Shown: piece after piece, positions 29,097 to 32,000 of the stretch
Numbering within the stretch: position 1 is the stretch's first letter
Layout of the letters: every line of letters begins with the position of its first letter
Source of the DNA: a cyanobacterium endosymbiont of Epithemia turgida isolate EtSB Lake Yunoko
Lineage (GTDB): Bacteria > Cyanobacteriota > Cyanobacteriia > Cyanobacteriales > Microcystaceae
Reading direction: 5' to 3'
DNA: 32,000 nucleotides
Assembly (NCBI RefSeq): GCF_000829235.1
Contig: NZ_AP012549.1
Location: forward strand, 600,001 to 632,000
Notes under the pieces: model-generated
What the model was told of the DNA's origin: nothing
What the model saw: only the letters and a program-made list of their open reading frames with translations
Database searches by the model: none
Made by a program: the position numbers and the translations under genes

Positions 29097-32000
29097 ATGA
29101 CTAATTTAATCTATAACTATGATTTACTCCCAGACTTGATAGAAATTCAACGATCAAGTTTTGTGTGGTTTTTAGAAGAGGGATTGATCGAAGAGCTCAA
29201 CAGCTTTTCCCCCATCACAGACTATACTGGGAAGTTGGAATTACATTTTTTAGGAGAAAACTATAAACTTAAACAACCGAAATATGATGTTGATGAAGCG
29301 AAACGACGTGATAGTACTTATTCAGTACAAATGTATGTTCCGACCCGTTTAATTAACAAAGAAACTGGGGAAATTAAAGAACAAGAAGTATTTATTGGTG
29401 ATTTGCCCTTAATGACCGAACGGGGAACCTTCATTATAAATGGAGCAGAACGGGTGATTGTAAACCAGATTATACGGTCTCCCGGGGTTTATTACAAAGC
29501 AGAAACTGATAAGAATGGACGACGAACCTATTCAGGTTCTTTAATCCCTAACCGAGGAGCTTGGTTAAAGTTTGAAACCGATAAAAATGGATTAGTGTGG
29601 GTTAGAATTGATAAAACGCGCAAACTGTCGGCTCAAGTATTACTTAAAGCCATTGGTTTGAGTGACTCGGAAATTTTAGATTCTTTACGCCACCCTGATT
29701 TTTATCAACAAACCCTGGATAAAGAAGGGAATCCTAGTGAAGAAGAAGCTCTGCTGGAATTGTATCGCAAATTGCGTCCAGGAGAACCTCCGACCGTAAG
29801 TGGGGGACAACAACTACTTGATTCACGTTTTTTTGACAGTAAAAGGTATGATTTGGGACGTGTAGGACGTTATAAGCTTAATAAAAAACTACGTCTAAAT
29901 ACGGCTGATACCATTCGGGTCTTGAGATCGGAAGATATTTTGTCCGCGATCGATTACTTAATTAATTTAGAATTCGATATTGGTAATACTGATGATATCG
30001 ATCACTTAGGAAATCGTCGAGTACGCTCCGTGGGAGAACTGCTGCAAAATCAGGTAAGAGTTGGGTTAAATCGTCTAGAAAGGATTATTCGAGAACGGAT
30101 GACAGTCAGTGAGTCGGATAGCCTCACTCCTGCTTCCTTAGTCAATCCTAAACCCTTAGTAGCTGCTATTAAGGAATTTTTTGGTTCTTCCCAACTGTCC
30201 CAATTTATGGATCAAACCAATCCCCTAGCAGAATTAACCCATAAACGCCGAATCTCTGCCCTAGGTCCTGGAGGATTGACTCGGGAAAGAGCCGGCTTTG
30301 CCGTCAGAGATATTCATCCATCCCACCACGGGCGAATCTGTCCTGTAGAAACACCTGAAGGACCTAATGCTGGGCTGATTGGCTCCTTAGCTACCTATGC
30401 TAGAGTTAACTCCTATGGATTTATTGAAACTCCCTACTATAAGGTGGAGAATAGCCGGGTAAGGCGAGATTTAAACCCAGTGTACTTAACCGCTGATGAA
30501 GAAGACGATCTACGGGTTTGTCCTGGGGATGCAGCCACTGATGAAGAGGGTAACATCTTAGGCGATACAGTCCCTATTCGTTACCGTCAAGAATTTTCCA
30601 CCACCAGTCCAGCTCAGGTAGATTATATCGCCGTCTCTCCGGTGCAGATTGTCTCAGTAGCTACTTCCATGATTCCTTTCCTCGAACATGATGACGCCAA
30701 CCGTGCTCTGATGGGGTCAAATATGCAACGCCAAGCGGTTCCTCTTCTACGTCCAGAACGTCCCCTAGTGGGTACTGGATTAGAAGCACAAGCAGCGCGA
30801 GATTCAGGAATGGTAATCGTCAGCCGCACCAATGGGATTGTGACCTATGTAGATGCTTCAGAAATTCGAGTTCGAGTCACAGGACCGGAAAACCACGAAA
30901 AATTAGGCGATGAAATCGTCTATCTTCTGCAAAAGTATCAACGGTCTAACCAGGATACTTGTTTAAATCAACGTCCGTTGGTTTATGTTAATGAGGATGT
31001 TGTCCCCGGCCAAGTGTTGGCTGATGGCTCAGCTACAGAAGGAGGAGAATTAGCCCTTGGGCAAAACATACTTGTCGCTTATATGCCCTGGGAAGGCTAC
31101 AACTACGAAGATGCCATCCTGATTAGTGAGCGACTGGTATACGACGATGTTTATACCAGTATTCACGTTGAAAAGTACGAGATTGAATCCCGACAGACTA
31201 AGTTGGGTCCGGAAGAGATTACCCGAGAAATTCCTAATGTTGGGGAAGATGCGCTAAGAAGTCTTGACGAACAAGGAATCATCCGGGTTGGGGCTTGGAC
31301 AGATGCTGGAGATATTTTGGTGGGGAAAGTAACCCCCAAAGGAGAATCGGACCAACCACCCGAAGAAAAGCTGCTGCGTGCAATTTTTGGAGAAAAAGCC
31401 AGGGATGTACGGGATAACTCTCTACGTGTTCCCAACGGAGAGAAAGGTCGTGTAGTTGATGTACGGGTATTTACCCGTGAACAAGGAGATGAATTGCCCC
31501 CAGGAGCCAACATGGTCGTTAGGGTTTATGTCGCTCAAAAGCGAAAAATCCAAGTAGGGGATAAAATGGCAGGTCGTCATGGGAATAAAGGGATTATTTC
31601 CCGAATTATGCCTATTGAAGATATGCCTTATCTTCCCGATGGTCGTCCTGTCGATATTGTGCTTAATCCTCTAGGAGTTCCTTCAAGGATGAATGTTGGT
31701 CAAGTTTTTGAATGCCTACTGGGTTGGGCAGGAGAAAATTTAGGAGTTCGGTCTAAGATTACTCCCTTTGACGAAATGTATGGAGCCGAAGCGTCGCGAA
31801 ATACCGTTTATGGTTTGTTGAAAAAGGCCTCACAAAAACATAAACGAAGTTGGATTTATCAGCCAGAAAATCCCGGAAAAATACAGGTGTTTGATGGACG
31901 CACAGGAGAGCCTTTTGATCGCCCAGTCACTGTCGGTCAGGTCTATATGTTGAAACTGGTCCACCTAGTGGATGATAAAATTCATGCTCGCTCAACTGGT
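29097..32000 (+). CDS. rpoB: DNA-directed RNA polymerase subunit beta, 3'-truncated by the window end
   Basis: This gene is not in the ORF track because it is open-ended. The frame opened by ATG 29097 holds wherever I translated it, from the start through the window end (968 codons), and no in-frame stop appeared in those stretches. It begins [51 protein letters not shown]...[33 protein letters not shown] and ends ...[14 protein letters not shown], which is canonical RpoB. Confidence 0.97.
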   Translation, partial: MTNLIYNYDLLPDLIEIQRSSFVWFLEEGLIEELNSFSPITDYTGKLELHFLGENYKLKQPKYDVDEAKRRDSTYSVQMYVPTRLINKETGEIKEQEVFIGDLPLMTERGTFIINGAERVIVNQIIRSPGVYYKAETDKNGRRTYSGSLIPNRGAWLKFETDKNGLVWVRIDKTRKLSAQVLLKAIGLSDSEILDSLRHPDFYQQTLDKEGNPSEEEALLELYRKLRPGEPPTVSGGQQLLDSRFFDSKRYDLGRVGRYKLNKKLRLNTADTIRVLRSEDILSAIDYLINLEFDIGNTDDIDHLGNRRVRSVGELLQNQVRVGLNRLERIIRERMTVSESDSLTPASLVNPKPLVAAIKEFFGSSQLSQFMDQTNPLAELTHKRRISALGPGGLTRERAGFAVRDIHPSHHGRICPVETPEGPNAGLIGSLATYARVNSYGFIETPYYKVENSRVRRDLNPVYLTADEEDDLRVCPGDAATDEEGNILGDTVPIRYRQEFSTTSPAQVDYIAVSPVQIVSVATSMIPFLEHDDANRALMGSNMQRQAVPLLRPERPLVGTGLEAQAARDSGMVIVSRTNGIVTYVDASEIRVRVTGPENHEKLGDEIVYLLQKYQRSNQDTCLNQRPLVYVNEDVVPGQVLADGSATEGGELALGQNILVAYMPWEGYNYEDAILISERLVYDDVYTSIHVEKYEIESRQTKLGPEEITREIPNVGEDALRSLDEQGIIRVGAWTDAGDILVGKVTPKGESDQPPEEKLLRAIFGEKARDVRDNSLRVPNGEKGRVVDVRVFTREQGDELPPGANMVVRVYVAQKRKIQVGDKMAGRHGNKGIISRIMPIEDMPYLPDGRPVDIVLNPLGVPSRMNVGQVFECLLGWAGENLGVRSKITPFDEMYGAEASRNTVYGLLKKASQKHKRSWIYQPENPGKIQVFDGRTGEPFDRPVTVGQVYMLKLVHLVDDKIHARSTG

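Noticed and set aside
30623-31513. Two minus-strand ORFs (30623..30832 and 31163..31513) are the only track entries beyond 29058.
   Set aside because: They are antisense to rpoB, whose plus-strand frame is open from 29097 to the window end and translates to canonical RpoB sequence. The track omits rpoB only because it has no stop within the window.

Overview
This is a chromosomal segment of a cyanobacterium. The evidence is protein content, the rimP-nusA-ylxR and rpsT-tatD-rpoB gene orders, and one HIP1 GCGATCGC site. The segment appears to be undergoing reductive genome evolution. I can support 14 intact housekeeping CDSs, a 3'-truncated rpoB that the ORF track omits (29097 to window end), and one large AAA-like NTPase / hydrophobic helix / 14xWD40 protein. 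I also find decayed genes that the track shows only as odd fragments or not at all. One is a collapsed sugar-type ABC transporter operon (17029-18006, minus strand). The other is a near-full-length but multiply disrupted menG/ubiE-type methyltransferase starting 16 nt after metH (24735-25383). Intact CDSs cover only about two thirds of the window. The rest is very AT-rich spacer in tracts of roughly 1.7, 0.75, 1.1, 1.4, 0.8, 0.9 and 1.1 kb, and it contains a few very long perfect palindromes. By eye I saw no rRNA, tRNA, CRISPR array, transposase, integrase or phage gene, and I do not see a convincing novel multi-gene system. The most unusual items are the intact NTPase-WD40 gene isolated between AT deserts, the pattern of gene death, a dihydroorotase paralogue lacking its catalytic ligands, and the palindromes. 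In the gene-death pattern, the phylloquinone-type methyltransferase and the sugar importer are dead while ubiX, metH, sat and ispG are intact. Placement as a Crocosphaera/Cyanothece-like, possibly non-photosynthetic endosymbiont (for example a diatom spheroid body) is inference only.
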